Positions 1 to 10,520 of a DNA stretch of 37,286 nt are shown here, in pieces. The stretch spans positions 1 to 37,286 of the forward strand of contig RDOE01000031.1 in the NCBI GenBank assembly GCA_011364975.1. The letters are read 5' to 3'. How positions within the stretch are numbered: the stretch's first letter is position 1; every line of letters begins with the position of its first letter. Origin of the DNA: Promethearchaeota archaeon (lineage in GTDB: Archaea > Asgardarchaeota > Lokiarchaeia > Sigyniarchaeales > SOKP01). The position numbers and the translations under genes were made by a program. A model generated the notes under the pieces. The model searched no databases, was not told the origin of the DNA, and was given only the letters and a program-made list of their open reading frames with translations.

Positions 1-40
1 ATTGAAAAAGAATTAAGAATTTGTAAGGGTACTCATTCAA

Positions 41-760
41 CTATTTCTGATAACCTGTTCTTCGAGCTGCAATTAAGCCTACTTTCCTTCCAGGAGGAGC
101 ATTTCTGCTGGTTGTTGTTGAAATATGAGGATGTTTATGCCTACCTCCACCAAAAGGATGATCACACGCGTTCATAGCACTAGCGCGAACCACAGGCCAC
201 TTTTTCGCTTTTGATTGTACGCTATAGAATCTATTTCCTGCTTTGAGGAAGGGTTTATCGGTTCTACCTCCTCCTGCTACCACTCCGATTGTAGCTAAGC
301 AATTTTGATTGAACCACTTAGTTTTTTTCGAGCGAAATAGTAATTCTACATCCGTTTTTGTTTTATTCCTCACTATAGCAGCGACACCTGAGGCTCGGGC
401 AAACTTTCCTCCATCTTGAGGGGTTCCTTCAACATTAAACACTAAAGTTCCAAGGGGCATTTCACCAAGAGGAAGAACATTTCCTACGTCAATAGGTCCT
501 GTTTTAGCTTGGATAAATTCTTGTCCTTCATACACTCCTTCAGGGGGGAGCCATAGATCTTTTGATTTATCTTCATATTGGATTTTTGCTAAGGGAGCTC
601 CTCGTCCAGGGGAATGTAAAAAATCAACTACTTTAAATTTGATTTGATTCTCGCCTTCTTTAAATGGTCGATATTTAACTCTTCCTACGTGTCGGTGACC
701 GGGGGATCGTGCCCACATATTGCCATGTCCTTTCCGTTGTACTAGAATTCTTTTACCCAT
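41..760 (-). CDS. rpl2: 50S ribosomal protein uL2 (archaeal L2P)
   Basis: MGKRILVQRKG N-terminus, GGKFARASG, C-terminal AMNACDHPFGGG and PPGRKVGLIAARRTG motifs. ATG at 760 preferred over the ORF-track GTG at 769. Confidence 0.97.
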   Translation of the reverse strand: MGKRILVQRKGHGNMWARSPGHRHVGRVKYRPFKEGENQIKFKVVDFLHSPGRGAPLAKIQYEDKSKDLWLPPEGVYEGQEFIQAKTGPIDVGNVLPLGEMPLGTLVFNVEGTPQDGGKFARASGVAAIVRNKTKTDVELLFRSKKTKWFNQNCLATIGVVAGGGRTDKPFLKAGNRFYSVQSKAKKWPVVRASAMNACDHPFGGGRHKHPHISTTTSRNAPPGRKVGLIAARRTGYQK

Positions 761-869
761 GTGATTCACTTATTAGTATAGAATAAATATTTTTAATTAA
801 AGAAGCTATAAATTTTTTATTATTTTGCGTAAAAGTCTTTGATTTTAAAGTTTTCAAAGAAAGGGTTTA

Positions 870-2243
870 TCAAAGCTTATTAGTTCGTAATAATTCATCG
901 ACATTATAATTAAAAGCGATAGGGAGTTCTCGTTCGATAAACTCTCCCGCAATATTAGTCAATAACAAACTTTTTACCTCCTTTGGATCATTAGTTTGCC
1001 CTAAAACCCAACCAAGTTTAACATATCCCACTTCTGGGATCATATTTCTTCCAGGAATTACTCCTAAGTTTTGAAGTTCCCTTCCTGTGGAATAAACATT
1101 CATTCCCACAAAACCGTGTAATGTTTGAGTGGTCATAAGAACAATTATTCCTTCTTGGATCGCCCTTTCGATGGATTTGTAAAGATAGGTGCCAACATGA
1201 CCTAAACCAGTACCAGCGATAACAATTCCTCGATAACTATGGTCGGTACAAAAATCAATTAATTCCGCACTCGCTCCAGGATAGTAGTAAATTAATGCTG
1301 TTTTTTTTTCAAAATTGGTTAAAAGCTCAAGTTTTTGTTTACTTCGTTTTTGGTATTCATTTTCAAAAACTCTAATTTGTTTATCTTTAACCATTCCAAG
1401 TGGAATGCTGTTAATAGTTCGAAATGTATTTCTAACAGAGGAATGCATCTTTCTTACTAACGTACCACGATGAATTAATCCATAATCATGGGAAGTCGAA
1501 CCTAACATCACTACAGTTACTTCGGCGATATCTGAAATAGCCACAGTTGCAGAATTAATTAAATTTAGGGCAGCGTCGGATGAAGGTCTGTCTGAGCTTC
1601 TTTGACTTCCTGTCAAAACTACGGGGATTGGTAGATTCTTTAACATAAACGAAAGTGCAGCACTTGTATAACTCATAGTATCTGTTCCATGACCAATTAT
1701 TATACCTTCTATTCCAGAGTCTATGGCGTTCTTAATTTTTTCAGCTAAACTTTGCCAATTAGTATGGGTCATATTCTCTGAAAGAATCTCAAAAACAACC
1801 TCGCATTCCAGGTTACAAATATCAGCTAATTCGGGTACAGCACTGAACAACTCTCCTGGCGTAAAGGAAGGGATCACCGCACCAGTAGTATAATCTAAGC
1901 GAGAAGCGACAGTTCCTCCAGTTCCTAAAAGTTTCACTGAAGGTAATTCTTTATTAAAGGGGAAGGTTTTTTCAGGTATTTTGTATATTGCTTCTCTCAC
2001 CCCTATTTTTTCAATTTCGAGTACTTCATCAATGTGTATCCCTAAATTATAATTATTTTCTAATTTAATTTCGATGAAATCTGGTAGAGAAAATTCAGCT
2101 CTTGGTAGAATAATTCCTTCTAAAATAGTCTTCTCAGTCTTGATTCGAATGATATCCCAAACACCCAATTTATGATCTTGTAATAATTTTTTAGCTTTTC
2201 CTTTGTAACCTTTTAACTTACTTTCCAATTTTAGCACCTTCAT
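870..2243 (-). CDS. gatD: Glu-tRNA(Gln) amidotransferase subunit D
   Basis: Asparaginase-like motifs TGGTVASRLDY, HGTDT, GSQRSSDRPSSD, RKMHSS; adjacent to gatE. The true start may be TTG at 2228, which follows AGGTG. Confidence 0.96.
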   Translation of the reverse strand: MKVLKLESKLKGYKGKAKKLLQDHKLGVWDIIRIKTEKTILEGIILPRAEFSLPDFIEIKLENNYNLGIHIDEVLEIEKIGVREAIYKIPEKTFPFNKELPSVKLLGTGGTVASRLDYTTGAVIPSFTPGELFSAVPELADICNLECEVVFEILSENMTHTNWQSLAEKIKNAIDSGIEGIIIGHGTDTMSYTSAALSFMLKNLPIPVVLTGSQRSSDRPSSDAALNLINSATVAISDIAEVTVVMLGSTSHDYGLIHRGTLVRKMHSSVRNTFRTINSIPLGMVKDKQIRVFENEYQKRSKQKLELLTNFEKKTALIYYYPGASAELIDFCTDHSYRGIVIAGTGLGHVGTYLYKSIERAIQEGIIVLMTTQTLHGFVGMNVYSTGRELQNLGVIPGRNMIPEVGYVKLGWVLGQTNDPKEVKSLLLTNIAGEFIERELPIAFNYNVDELLRTNKL

Positions 2244-4149
2244 TCATTATTCTTTTTATAGCTTTTTTAAGCTCGTCGGAAACAATTGCCCCATCAACTT
2301 TTCCTCTAACTTTTTTCATTACATCCCCCATTAATGGGCCCATTGCTTTCATTTGACGTTCTTTAATTATTTTTTGATTTTGATTCACAATTTCTTTGAT
2401 TATAGTTTTCAAATCTTGAATTGACACCACTTTGATACCGAGACTTTCTATAATCTCATTAATGGATAGTTGTGGAGATTCAGACTTTAAAACCATGATT
2501 TCTTCAATTGCTTCTTTACTTACTTTATTATCTCTTAAGCTTTTAAAAATCTCAATATAATCATTATCTAATATATTATCAATCTCTTTTCCATCACGTC
2601 TAAGTGCTAAAGTTGTTTCTAATAATATATTTAATACAATTGAAGGATTTTTAGGGTATATTTTTATTAATTTTTCAAATAAGTCTAATTTTTCACTAAA
2701 AATTAATTCCTTTATCATACGCTCTTCTGTTTCATATTGTTCTGAATATTCCTTAATAATATCCCATGGATATTTGGGGATAGTTTGTCTTACTTGATCT
2801 ATTTCCTCTCTTGTATTAATAATAGATGGAGAATCCGTATCAGGATATAATCTAGCTCCTCCATGTAATTCACGTAAAAATTCTGTATTTCCTGTTTCTA
2901 AAGCTTTTCTAGTTTCGGGGGGAACTCCATTAAATGCTAATTTTACACGATTAATAATAACCTTAATAGCCTTATCTACTTCTTTTTGAGTTCCCAGAAC
3001 TAGCACAAAGCAATCTTGACTCTTAGAATTTAATTCATTTCTAATTTTACTGATTTCATTATCATTAAAGTTATATTTTCTTAATCCTTCATCAGAGTGA
3101 ATAATTCCTTTTAAACCACTAATAGACTTTACCTTACTGCTTATTTCAGTCCCAAATCGATAATTTTCCGTTAATTCTTTTCCCAGAATATCTTTAAACC
3201 CTTTAAAGTTTATTCCATAAAGTTTTTTACCAGCTCTTAATCCTTTAGCAATAAAACTTGAGTTAGTATTTTTAAGAAATTTAGAAAGCTCCTTGGGTTC
3301 AGTTTTAAGAGCTTCTTCACTTAATCCTCTTTTATTTAATTCTTCTTTAATTTCAATTAGTTTTAATTGACGTGATATTTCGTTATTAATTAATTTTGGA
3401 ATCCAATCAAGCTTTTGCACTCCTTTAATTTCAATTCTCTTACCTTTTTTTATACTAATATTAATATCTTGTCTGATAGAACCCAAAACTTTTTTTACTT
3501 TAGTAGACCATAATAATAAACCTAAACGTTCTGCACAATCCCTACATTCATATGGATCAGTTATATCAGGATCTGTGGTTATTTCGACCAGAGGTATCCC
3601 GAGGCGATCCAAACGATAGTAGTTTGTTTTATTTTCCGTATTAATTTTACGTGCGGCGTCTTCTTCTAAACTTAAAATATTAATTCCAATTTTTTTTCCG
3701 TTTTCTAAGATTAGATATCCATCGGTTCCTAAAATCATAGTTCTTTGAAAACCACATGGAACACTCCCATCAAGATAATTTTTTCTACATACATGCATCT
3801 CTTCAATTATATTAGCATTAAGGAGAGCTGCTATTTGAAGAGCTATATATCTTGCTTCGTCATTACATGAAAATGGAGGAGTATCATCTAATTCATAGGT
3901 ACAGATAACATCATTATACCCTTCATAAATTGTAGTTATTCCTTTTTCATACTCTGTCAACATAGCTTTATCAAATTTCCCCATTTCACCTAGGACAGGC
4001 CTCATTAATCGCTTTACAGTGAAGTCAGGGTTTCTAGTTCCTTGTAATTCGGCGGGACACCTACAGAATAATTTCTTTTCTGTGTCTAATTGCTGATGGA
4101 TTTCAAGACCACATTTAAGACCTATTTTTTTATAATCGAATTTTTCCAT
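2218..4149 (-). CDS. gatE: Glu-tRNA(Gln) amidotransferase subunit E
   Basis: GLKCGLEIHQQL..KLFC, LEEDAAR, LDRLGIPLVEI, RQDINISI..G.RIEIKGVQ, VPPETR, ARLYPDTD motifs. Confidence 0.97.
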   Translation of the reverse strand: MEKFDYKKIGLKCGLEIHQQLDTEKKLFCRCPAELQGTRNPDFTVKRLMRPVLGEMGKFDKAMLTEYEKGITTIYEGYNDVICTYELDDTPPFSCNDEARYIALQIAALLNANIIEEMHVCRKNYLDGSVPCGFQRTMILGTDGYLILENGKKIGINILSLEEDAARKINTENKTNYYRLDRLGIPLVEITTDPDITDPYECRDCAERLGLLLWSTKVKKVLGSIRQDINISIKKGKRIEIKGVQKLDWIPKLINNEISRQLKLIEIKEELNKRGLSEEALKTEPKELSKFLKNTNSSFIAKGLRAGKKLYGINFKGFKDILGKELTENYRFGTEISSKVKSISGLKGIIHSDEGLRKYNFNDNEISKIRNELNSKSQDCFVLVLGTQKEVDKAIKVIINRVKLAFNGVPPETRKALETGNTEFLRELHGGARLYPDTDSPSIINTREEIDQVRQTIPKYPWDIIKEYSEQYETEERMIKELIFSEKLDLFEKLIKIYPKNPSIVLNILLETTLALRRDGKEIDNILDNDYIEIFKSLRDNKVSKEAIEEIMVLKSESPQLSINEIIESLGIKVVSIQDLKTIIKEIVNQNQKIIKERQMKAMGPLMGDVMKKVRGKVDGAIVSDELKKAIKRIMNEGAKIGK

Positions 4150-4331
4150 AAAAATTCAAACTGAAATTTATATTAGATTATGATCTTTTTAATTAAGGTT
4201 TAAATTTGAATATATGCTATAGCTTTTTCAAGATATCTATGACTAAGTACTTATAACTAAAATGAAATTCACTTAATCCTTACTGAGAGCAATATAATAT
4301 AATTTATTTCAAAATAAAGTTAAGATAGATT

Positions 4332-6659
4332 TTAGAATTTATTATAACGATATCGAACCATTATATCGTCTTGGACTGCTTTTGGTAAATCTATAAACCT
4401 AGCACTATAGCCTGATACTCTAACCATTAAGTCTTTATAAAGATTGGGATTTTTTTGAGCATCTTCTAATGTGTTTATTGAAAAAGCATTAAATTGTAGG
4501 TGAGAACCATTAAGTTTAATGTAACTTCTTAGTAATGATTCAAAGATATCACCATTATTTAACAATGTTATTTCTGGATTTATATTAAATGTACATGCAA
4601 GTCCATTGCCAAAGAGGGAATGATCAATTTTAGTTACACTGTTTATTGCTGCTGTTAATCCTTTCTCAGCACTAGAACCTGGGGCGATATCTCGATTTAA
4701 TGGTTTTCCCTTTTTTCTACCTGAAGGTAAAGCACCAGTAAAAATACCAAAACCTACATGAGTGGTCATAGCATGAATTCCTACTCTATAATCTCCTCCT
4801 CTCGCACTTTTAAGCCCAATAATAGATTGAGCAAGGATTTCTGCAACTTTTTTAGCATAAATATCAGCATTCTCATCATCAGATCCATATTTTGGGCATT
4901 TATAGAGCAAATAATTTTGCAGATGACGATAACCCCTGAAATTATTTTTTAAAGCTGTTATTATTTCGTTCATTGTTGTTTCTTTTTGCTTAAAAACAGC
5001 CCAATCTAGGGCTGCTAATGAATCTACTACATCCGTGAAACCAGTAACGTGTATTCCTGAGAAATTGTATTTTGCAGAACCCTTATTTATATCAACTCCA
5101 CTTTCAAAACACCCACGTATGCATAATGACATCAATGGTGTAGGTTTAAGATTTTTATGTGCTTGTTGATAAGCATTTGCTGTAATTGCAGCCATTTTCA
5201 TCATTGAAGTCAGCTTTTCTTGAAATTTATTAAGAATTTCATTCATTGACAAAAATCCTTCTGATTCAAGATTATTATCAATATAAGAACTCACTATTGT
5301 ATTGTCTAAACCTAATGCTAGTTCTAAAGCTTTTGCGGTATTAAGAAAAACTGCACCAGTATTGTCATAAGAAGTCCCTGAAGTTGATAACCCTACACAT
5401 CCCACAATTCCATAATCGCGAGCTTCTTCTAAAGGTATTCCGTAATTCATTAAACTTTTAATTACGACCTCATCATTATATAATCCAATTAAATTTTTAC
5501 CTTTTGATAAAATTTGAGCTATTTTCTTTAAAAGATTGGATGGAGAGGAATCATGAATTCTTATTACAATATTTGGACTTGGAACAGAAACCTCAGCAGC
5601 AGCTCTTAATATGAGATATGTTAGAGCGTTAGTGGCATCGTAGCCATTTTGATCAACTCCTCCAATTAGCATATTCTGTGTAGTTGCCATACCTCCAAAA
5701 TATTGAGTCGCAACAGTATCATATAATGCAATAATTTCATTTGTTTTAAGAAGGAGATTTTTGAAAATTTTAACAGTATGTTCAATATCACCACTATAAT
5801 AAGGTAGAAGGTATTGATCTATCCTTCCAAAAGAGATACCATGTTCAAAATTTTCCAAATGTAAAGCTAAATGTATGAACCAAATAAGTTGAACAGCTTC
5901 TTGAAGGTTACTTGGTGGTTTAGTAGAAATATTTCTACATGTTTGGGCTATCTTAATCAGTTCTTCCTTTCTAGATGGACTTTCTTCATCGGAAGCGAGA
6001 ATTTCTGCTTTTTCCGCATATTTAGTGGTAAAATTAATTAAAGCTTCACAAACAATTATTATAGCTTTGTAAAAAGCGATTTTTTCATCTGCTGAAATGT
6101 CACTTATTATCAAATTATTAGATTGATCAATCATTTTTTTTGATTCTTCTATATAACTTCTTAGGCCTTTTGAAATAAGACGTTTATAATCTACCACTAC
6201 ATGAGCAATACCTCCTATTTCTGTGGCTACATAAGCACAACCACTAAAAGAAGTCTCGAAAACAATATCAGGTGCCAACTCTCGAGCAAAAGTATCAATT
6301 TTAAAATTATTATAATATGGATATACTTTATTTTTTAATAAGGAAATATCTTCTTCACAAATATTTATAGGATTCACTGATCTCTTTGGGAGAGTATTAA
6401 GTTCTTTAATTATTCTGTAGCCACTTGCCTCGAAGCGAGGAATGGCTACTGGAATATTTTCATCAAATGTCCCAACAATGATTTCATCAGATCTGATAAT
6501 AATTGGCAAATTTTCTAAAGTATTTCTTAATCCTTCTGCTTGCCTTATAATCATGGGCTTTCCTGGATTTTCTTTCAGTGCTTTTGTATAGTATATCGGC
6601 ACTTTAATCGAGATATGAGGTGTTTTCCTAACCAAATCATTTAATAATGCTGAAGTCAA
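4332..6659 (-). CDS. Glycyl radical enzyme (PFL-like superfamily), substrate unknown
   Basis: C-terminal LMVRVSGYSARF glycyl loop, SFGRIDQYL, PKYGSDD, GALPSGR, Cys loop GIVGCVG. TTG start preceded by AGGGGT. Confidence 0.9.
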   Translation of the reverse strand: MTSALLNDLVRKTPHISIKVPIYYTKALKENPGKPMIIRQAEGLRNTLENLPIIIRSDEIIVGTFDENIPVAIPRFEASGYRIIKELNTLPKRSVNPINICEEDISLLKNKVYPYYNNFKIDTFARELAPDIVFETSFSGCAYVATEIGGIAHVVVDYKRLISKGLRSYIEESKKMIDQSNNLIISDISADEKIAFYKAIIIVCEALINFTTKYAEKAEILASDEESPSRKEELIKIAQTCRNISTKPPSNLQEAVQLIWFIHLALHLENFEHGISFGRIDQYLLPYYSGDIEHTVKIFKNLLLKTNEIIALYDTVATQYFGGMATTQNMLIGGVDQNGYDATNALTYLILRAAAEVSVPSPNIVIRIHDSSPSNLLKKIAQILSKGKNLIGLYNDEVVIKSLMNYGIPLEEARDYGIVGCVGLSTSGTSYDNTGAVFLNTAKALELALGLDNTIVSSYIDNNLESEGFLSMNEILNKFQEKLTSMMKMAAITANAYQQAHKNLKPTPLMSLCIRGCFESGVDINKGSAKYNFSGIHVTGFTDVVDSLAALDWAVFKQKETTMNEIITALKNNFRGYRHLQNYLLYKCPKYGSDDENADIYAKKVAEILAQSIIGLKSARGGDYRVGIHAMTTHVGFGIFTGALPSGRKKGKPLNRDIAPGSSAEKGLTAAINSVTKIDHSLFGNGLACTFNINPEITLLNNGDIFESLLRSYIKLNGSHLQFNAFSINTLEDAQKNPNLYKDLMVRVSGYSARFIDLPKAVQDDIMVRYRYNKF

Positions 6660-6920
6660 AAATTACCCCTTTTTTTTAATTGATGTAAATATATATCATT
6701 TTTTGGTTGAATATTAATTAAGTTTAATGGATATAGATGGAAAGGGGGCTATTGATATAAAAAAATAATTCAAACTTCTAAGATTAGTATTTAAATTATA
6801 AAAATTTATTAATTATTTGGAGTATAATTAGAGGAGATTTCTGCCTTATATATATTAAATTTTTAATATTTAAAGATAAAAGTCCTGATATTATTCTAAA
6901 TAAGAGATGTTAATCTCCTA

Positions 6921-8549
6921 TTATAACATTTTTGATACATAAGGACCATCTAACTTATATCCTAAGTCATAAAACCAGTCTCTTGCTCCGATACCACTAA
7001 TAACTGCTAATTTTTTGGTATCAAAATCTTCAGCAGCGATTTTTTCTGCATTGTTCATTAAGAGTTTGCCATAACCCAAATGTTGTACTTGAGTATCCTT
7101 ATATGGTTTTTTATCCTTTGGAACCAATTCACCTACAACTCGGACTTCTCTAACAATCATCGTTTTTCCATCATTTAATTCTGAACGATGGGCATATTCT
7201 GATGGTTTTCTTAGCCTTAAATATCCGATTAATATGTTCCTTTCTTTATTTTCAAGAGATAAGAAAATTTCTTGCCCCTTTGAAGCTTCATAATCTAATC
7301 TATATTCCCTTACATTTTTGAGGAGATCTTTATTGAAATCAATATTTTTAGTGGAAAGTCCATACTCACGGCATCTTATACAATTACATTTCGAATTTAA
7401 CTCTCTTAATCGATTTTGGACTAATTGTCTTAAATTACTTTTATTGCATCCTGCTTCAATTAGGGGAGCAGGAATATCTCTCATAATTCTTTGTATTCTT
7501 ACATAGGGAGGAATTTTAAGTTTTCCTTGAGCAATTAATTCAACCATCTTATCATTAGAATAGGGTGAGTAATCTCCATTTTTCCACCAATCATACAATT
7601 CAGTGCCCTTAATCACTAGACAGGGATATATTTTTAGCATATCAGGTTTATAGTCAGGATCGGTAAAAAGAATATCAAACATTTCCATATCTTGTGTATA
7701 AGTTGTATGTGGAAGGTTTGGCATAATATGTGCATTTACTTTTAATCCAGCGTCCTTAGAGATGCGAATAGCTTCAATACTGTCTCTAGTAGAATGTCCT
7801 CTCTTTATAACTTTATACACATCATCATAGACTGTTTGAATTCCAATTTCAACTCGAGTTGCGCCGTAATTAAGCATTTTATCTACATCAACTTCTTTAC
7901 AAAAATCAGGTCTTGTTTCAATTGTTAATCCAATTATTCTTCTTTTCGAAGTTTCAGCTAATTTTAATACTTCACGTAGGGATTGTGATCGTGAATTAAT
8001 AACACCCCCATATGCACCCGCTACAAAATTTTCTTGATAAGTTGTATCAGATGCTAAGAAAGTTCCTCCCATTATTATTAACTCGATCTTATCGACTTTA
8101 TGACCTATCGCTTTTAGATCCTGAATCCTGCTTTGAACTTGAGCAAAAGAATCATAATTATTATGAATAGATCTCATAGCAGCCGGTTCTTTCCCTGTAT
8201 AAGATTGAGCAACTTTTTCACCTGGCTGAGACTCTTTCCCAGGACAATAAATACAATTACCTGGGCAAGTTAATGGTTTTGTCATAATTGCTATAACAGA
8301 TACACCAGAAATTGATCTAGTTTCCCTTCTTTTCAGAATATGAGATAATCGTTCTCTTTCGGCTGGAGACGCATAATTTAATATGGTTGCGTTTTTTATT
8401 ACTTTATGATATTGATATCTTTTTCCAATCTTACCTTTTAAATTTGTAAAACTATTTTTTGAAATTTTTGGGTTCTCTAGCAAAAATTCTATAATTTCTC
8501 GACAAAGATTTTTTAATTTTTCATCTGAATTTGAGTTTATATTAGCCAT
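6921..8549 (-). CDS. elp3: Elp3 tRNA U34 carboxymethyltransferase (radical SAM + GNAT)
   Basis: CPGNCIYCPG, QSYTGKEPAAMR, IETRPD, GATRVEIGIQ, CIRCRE, QHLGYGK, VISGIGAR motifs. Confidence 0.95.
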   Translation of the reverse strand: MANINSNSDEKLKNLCREIIEFLLENPKISKNSFTNLKGKIGKRYQYHKVIKNATILNYASPAERERLSHILKRRETRSISGVSVIAIMTKPLTCPGNCIYCPGKESQPGEKVAQSYTGKEPAAMRSIHNNYDSFAQVQSRIQDLKAIGHKVDKIELIIMGGTFLASDTTYQENFVAGAYGGVINSRSQSLREVLKLAETSKRRIIGLTIETRPDFCKEVDVDKMLNYGATRVEIGIQTVYDDVYKVIKRGHSTRDSIEAIRISKDAGLKVNAHIMPNLPHTTYTQDMEMFDILFTDPDYKPDMLKIYPCLVIKGTELYDWWKNGDYSPYSNDKMVELIAQGKLKIPPYVRIQRIMRDIPAPLIEAGCNKSNLRQLVQNRLRELNSKCNCIRCREYGLSTKNIDFNKDLLKNVREYRLDYEASKGQEIFLSLENKERNILIGYLRLRKPSEYAHRSELNDGKTMIVREVRVVGELVPKDKKPYKDTQVQHLGYGKLLMNNAEKIAAEDFDTKKLAVISGIGARDWFYDLGYKLDGPYVSKML

Positions 8550-8676
8550 ATGATCAATATTATTTTAAAATTCCATCTATTCTAAATGAAGGATAGATAT
8601 ATTTAATGATAATTAGGGATTAAGTAAATATTTTATGTAAAGGTTTAATAAGTAATTGAAAGTTAAAGTGTTTAAT

Positions 8677-9531
8677 TTAACTAAACGATATTTTTCTCCC
8701 AGTATAATCTCGCTTATAAGAACCGAAATCAATTATTTTACTTAAAGTTTCACGATTAAAAATAGGTCCATCTTTACAAACCAATAAACCTAACGGATCT
8801 AAACTGCATAATCCGCATAAACCACAACCACATCTCATCATTCGCTCAAGACTCGCATAAAATTCGAAATCATATTTTTCAGATAGTTTAAATATTTCAT
8901 ATAACATTAATTCTGGTCCACAACAATAAACCACAACTCTTTTAAGTTCTTTATTTGAATACTTTTTCAATTCTTGCTCAAAAACTGTTGATGCTAGACC
9001 TTTTGTTCCAGAACTTCCATCTTCAGTACAATATATTATATTTGAAATTATATCGATTTTTGAATTAAAATCATCTGTATAGAGTAAATCACCATGTATT
9101 TTTCCACCTTCTATTATATTAAAATTTAACTTATTATCAATTAATATTTTTGATAAACATTTTAAAGGTGCTATGCCAATACCTCCTCCGATTAAATAAA
9201 TTATACTTAATTTATCATTAAGCACTTTAAAGAAATTTCCTAAAGGTCCTCTAATACCTATGTAATCATTAGGTTCTAAATTATGCATTGCATTAGTACA
9301 TTCTCCTATATTTTTAACGGTTATTGACCAATTACCTTCCCCATCAAAATTAGATAGTGACATTGGAATCTCATCAACTCCAGGTACCCATACCATGACA
9401 AATTGCCCTGGTTTTGGAGTTATATAATTTTTACCATGAATCTCTTTCATATTAAAAATTAAGGTTTTTACATTATAACACTCATTAATTATTTTTTTAA
9501 CCTTAACAGTGAATATGGTATTTTCAGTCAC
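8677..9531 (-). CDS. pyrK: Dihydroorotate dehydrogenase electron transfer subunit
   Basis: PGQFVMVW, IRGPLGN, GGGIGIAP, CGPELM, MRCGCGLCGLC...CKDGPIF [2Fe-2S] motif. GTG at 9531 follows GAGGT and overlaps the pyrD stop; the ORF track extends to 9573. Confidence 0.92.
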   Translation of the reverse strand: MTENTIFTVKVKKIINECYNVKTLIFNMKEIHGKNYITPKPGQFVMVWVPGVDEIPMSLSNFDGEGNWSITVKNIGECTNAMHNLEPNDYIGIRGPLGNFFKVLNDKLSIIYLIGGGIGIAPLKCLSKILIDNKLNFNIIEGGKIHGDLLYTDDFNSKIDIISNIIYCTEDGSSGTKGLASTVFEQELKKYSNKELKRVVVYCCGPELMLYEIFKLSEKYDFEFYASLERMMRCGCGLCGLCSLDPLGLLVCKDGPIFNRETLSKIIDFGSYKRDYTGRKISFS

Positions 9532-10450
9532 ATTCAGATACCTCTTGTGTTTCAAATTGATGAGCAAGTCCAATTATGTCCATAATAGATTTAACTTTAT
9601 TTAATTTCAAGAAATTAGATAATCCGCTATTAATAGTTTTAATAATAGAGATATCTTTATGTAACGCAGTTCCAATTTGAACTGCTGAAGCTCCAGCCAA
9701 GAAGAATTCAACTACATCCTGCCAAGACTCCACTCCTCCACATCCAATAATTGGTATCTTCAAAATTTTGTATAAATCATAAACGTGTTTAACTGCAATA
9801 GGGTGAATAGCTTTTCCAGAAAGACCTCCACTTCCATGAGATAATAACGGACATTTTGTGTTGATATCTATTTTCATAGCAGAAATAGTATTTATTGCTA
9901 TAACAGCATCAGCTCCTCCATTCTCCGCAGCTAAGGCGATATCAATAAGATTTGTCACATTTGGATTCAATTTTACAAAAATTGGAATCTTTAAATTTTG
10001 CTTTAAAAGATTAACTAAAGAATAAGTTAATTTTTTATCAATTCCGATTGATGAGACTTCTGCATGAGGGCATGAAATATTAAGCTCAACAGCGTCTGCT
10101 CCAGCTTTTTCAGCTTTAAAAGCTACATCCAAATAAGATTTATTAGAATCCCCGAATATACTTACAATTAATGGGATATTATGGGATTTGATTTCCTTTA
10201 TTTCATTGATGAAATAATCAATACCTGGATTTGCTAAGCCAACGCTATTTAAGAAAGTCCCGGGAGTTATCTCAACAATAGATGGATTTCTATATCCTCT
10301 TCTAGGTATCGGACCAATGGATTTGGTTGTTATAGCACCTAAACCCGAATTAAATAATCGTATCATTGTGGAATAAGATACTCCTAAAATGCCAGAAGCT
10401 AGAATTAAAGGTGAGGTGATTTTTAATCCACATAGATTTACTTCAAGCAT
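9524..10450 (-). CDS. pyrD: Dihydroorotate dehydrogenase family 1B catalytic subunit
   Basis: ITTKS, NSVGLANPG, ELNISCPH, VKLNPN, INT, GGLSG, IIGCGGV, GASAVQIGT motifs. Confidence 0.95.
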   Translation of the reverse strand: MLEVNLCGLKITSPLILASGILGVSYSTMIRLFNSGLGAITTKSIGPIPRRGYRNPSIVEITPGTFLNSVGLANPGIDYFINEIKEIKSHNIPLIVSIFGDSNKSYLDVAFKAEKAGADAVELNISCPHAEVSSIGIDKKLTYSLVNLLKQNLKIPIFVKLNPNVTNLIDIALAAENGGADAVIAINTISAMKIDINTKCPLLSHGSGGLSGKAIHPIAVKHVYDLYKILKIPIIGCGGVESWQDVVEFFLAGASAVQIGTALHKDISIIKTINSGLSNFLKLNKVKSIMDIIGLAHQFETQEVSECD

Positions 10451-10520
10451 TATTAATATAATTTAAGAAATTATTATTATTATTATTTAAGAAATATTAA
10501 TGCAGAATTATTTTTAGAAA

